A stretch of DNA of 64,000 nucleotides from contig CACNVR010000001.1 of NCBI GenBank assembly GCA_902623975.1, positions 51,965-115,964 of the forward strand, read 5' to 3'. Position 1 is the stretch's first letter; each line of letters starts with the position of its first letter. The position numbers and the translations under genes are program-made. Positions 63,161 to 64,000 of the stretch are shown here, piece by piece. The notes under the pieces were generated by a model that ran no database searches, was not told the origin of the DNA, and worked only from the letters and a program-made list of their open reading frames with translations. Source of the stretch: an uncultured Pelagibacteraceae bacterium. Lineage in GTDB: Bacteria; Pseudomonadota; Alphaproteobacteria; Pelagibacterales; Pelagibacteraceae.

Positions 63161-64000
63161 ATGAAAAAAAATTTATACTTTATTGATCAGGGTTTGCCTA
63201 ATTCGTTTAGTGGTGGAACTGCACTACTTAGTATAAACTTAATCAAAGAACTTAGGAAAAATTATAATATAATAGTTATAAATACACTTAAAAATTTTTA
63301 TAATACAAAAATAATTCCAAAGGCCGAGAAAGAATTGAGAAATCATAAAATCAAGTTTGTTGGCATTGAAAAAGAGTCAAAAAATATTCATCTCAAAAAT
63401 ATTACAATATTTAATTTTTTTAAACCATGTTATTTTAATCATGAAAGAATTTCTGAAATAAAATTATTTATAAATAAACTAAAAATTAAGAAAGACGATA
63501 TTATTCTTTGTTTAGGTTCAAATAATATTGCAGCTTGTGAAAATTTAGATGCTATAAAAATTGCTTTACTTGAAGATATTCAGGATCAAGTCCAATTATA
63601 TAGAACTTATTTATCTATTAACAAATATAATTTTTTGAAAAAAACTATAAAATTATTAATGTTAAAAGTCTATTTTAGTAAATATCATAATTGGTTAAAA
63701 AAAATTACTAATAATTATGATCTAATTTATACTTATTCTCCTTTTGATTATTCTAAAATTAAGAATAAAATTAATCTTTCAATCCTTCCTTGTCCATTGG
63801 ATTTAAAAAACTTTAAGAAAAAGAAAAAAAAAATTTTCAATATTTCTATGTTTAGTTCTAGTATTACACAAGATTTTAATGGTGTAAGATTGTTGCATCA
63901 AAAGTTGCTTCCGAACTTAAAAAAAAACGGATTAATAAATTTAGTTAAATTGAATTTAGTCATGAATATTCCAAAAAAAATTCCAATTGATATAAGTAAA
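63161..64000 (+). CDS. Probable GT-B glycosyltransferase, 3'-truncated by window edge (not in ORF track)
   Basis: Frame is open for 280 codons to the window end: MKKNLYFIDQGLPNSFSGGTALLSINLIKELRK..., a GT4-like P...GG N-terminus, plus YSPFD and LPCP. Confidence 0.6.
   Translation, partial: MKKNLYFIDQGLPNSFSGGTALLSINLIKELRKNYNIIVINTLKNFYNTKIIPKAEKELRNHKIKFVGIEKESKNIHLKNITIFNFFKPCYFNHERISEIKLFINKLKIKKDDIILCLGSNNIAACENLDAIKIALLEDIQDQVQLYRTYLSINKYNFLKKTIKLLMLKVYFSKYHNWLKKITNNYDLIYTYSPFDYSKIKNKINLSILPCPLDLKNFKKKKKKIFNISMFSSSITQDFNGVRLLHQKLLPNLKKNGLINLVKLNLVMNIPKKIPIDISK

Larger units (their letters stand above)
36332..64000. other. Hypervariable cell-surface glycan island (SAR11 HVR2-like), continuing beyond the window
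   Basis: Starts right after the lone 5S gene; nearly all genes are GTs, nucleotide-sugar enzymes, methyltransferases or multi-TM glycan proteins; looks more AT-rich by eye (not computed). SAR11 HVR2 is known to lie between 23S and 5S. Confidence 0.9.

Overview
AT-rich, very compact alphaproteobacterial chromosome segment. Gene content, tiny intergenic spacers and a 5S rRNA gene standing alone at the edge of a glycan island all point to SAR11 / Candidatus Pelagibacter (inference from synteny and composition). Bases 1-36.25 kb are core genome: aroC, dxs-ispA-xseB, sua5, an ABC-2 exporter, tRNA-Arg(UCG), rluD-rpoH, purA-thiD-glmM-folP-ftsH-tilS-cpoB-pal-tolBARQ, a RuvC-fold resolvase, yebC-ymdB-ygfA-zapA, tkt-gap-pgk-fba-thiE-efp-suhB, rpmE-trcR-rpsU-tRNA-fMet, tal-pntB-pntAb-pntAa, two small ORFs missed by the ORF track (aa3 oxidase subunit IV and rpmJ) and 5S rRNA. 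From about 36.3 kb to the window end is a cell-surface glycan island matching the SAR11 HVR2 position, with gmd/fcl, a WecA-like transferase, many GT2/GT4 enzymes, a WaaL-like ligase, three multi-TM GT-C-like proteins, methyltransferases and sugar-modifying enzymes. Best leads: (1) a GNAT + DegT aminotransferase + DprE1-like oxidase cassette beside a DPM1-like synthase and a GT-C protein, suggesting an amino-sugar made on a lipid carrier; (2) rpsU with a strong Shine-Dalgarno and a probable AUU start; (3) a MOC1/phage-type resolvase in the ruvC slot with ruvA, ruvB and ybgC absent; (4) no room for 6S RNA at its usual locus; (5) a branched C-methyl sugar module. All calls come from reading motifs and synteny by eye; no database searches were run.
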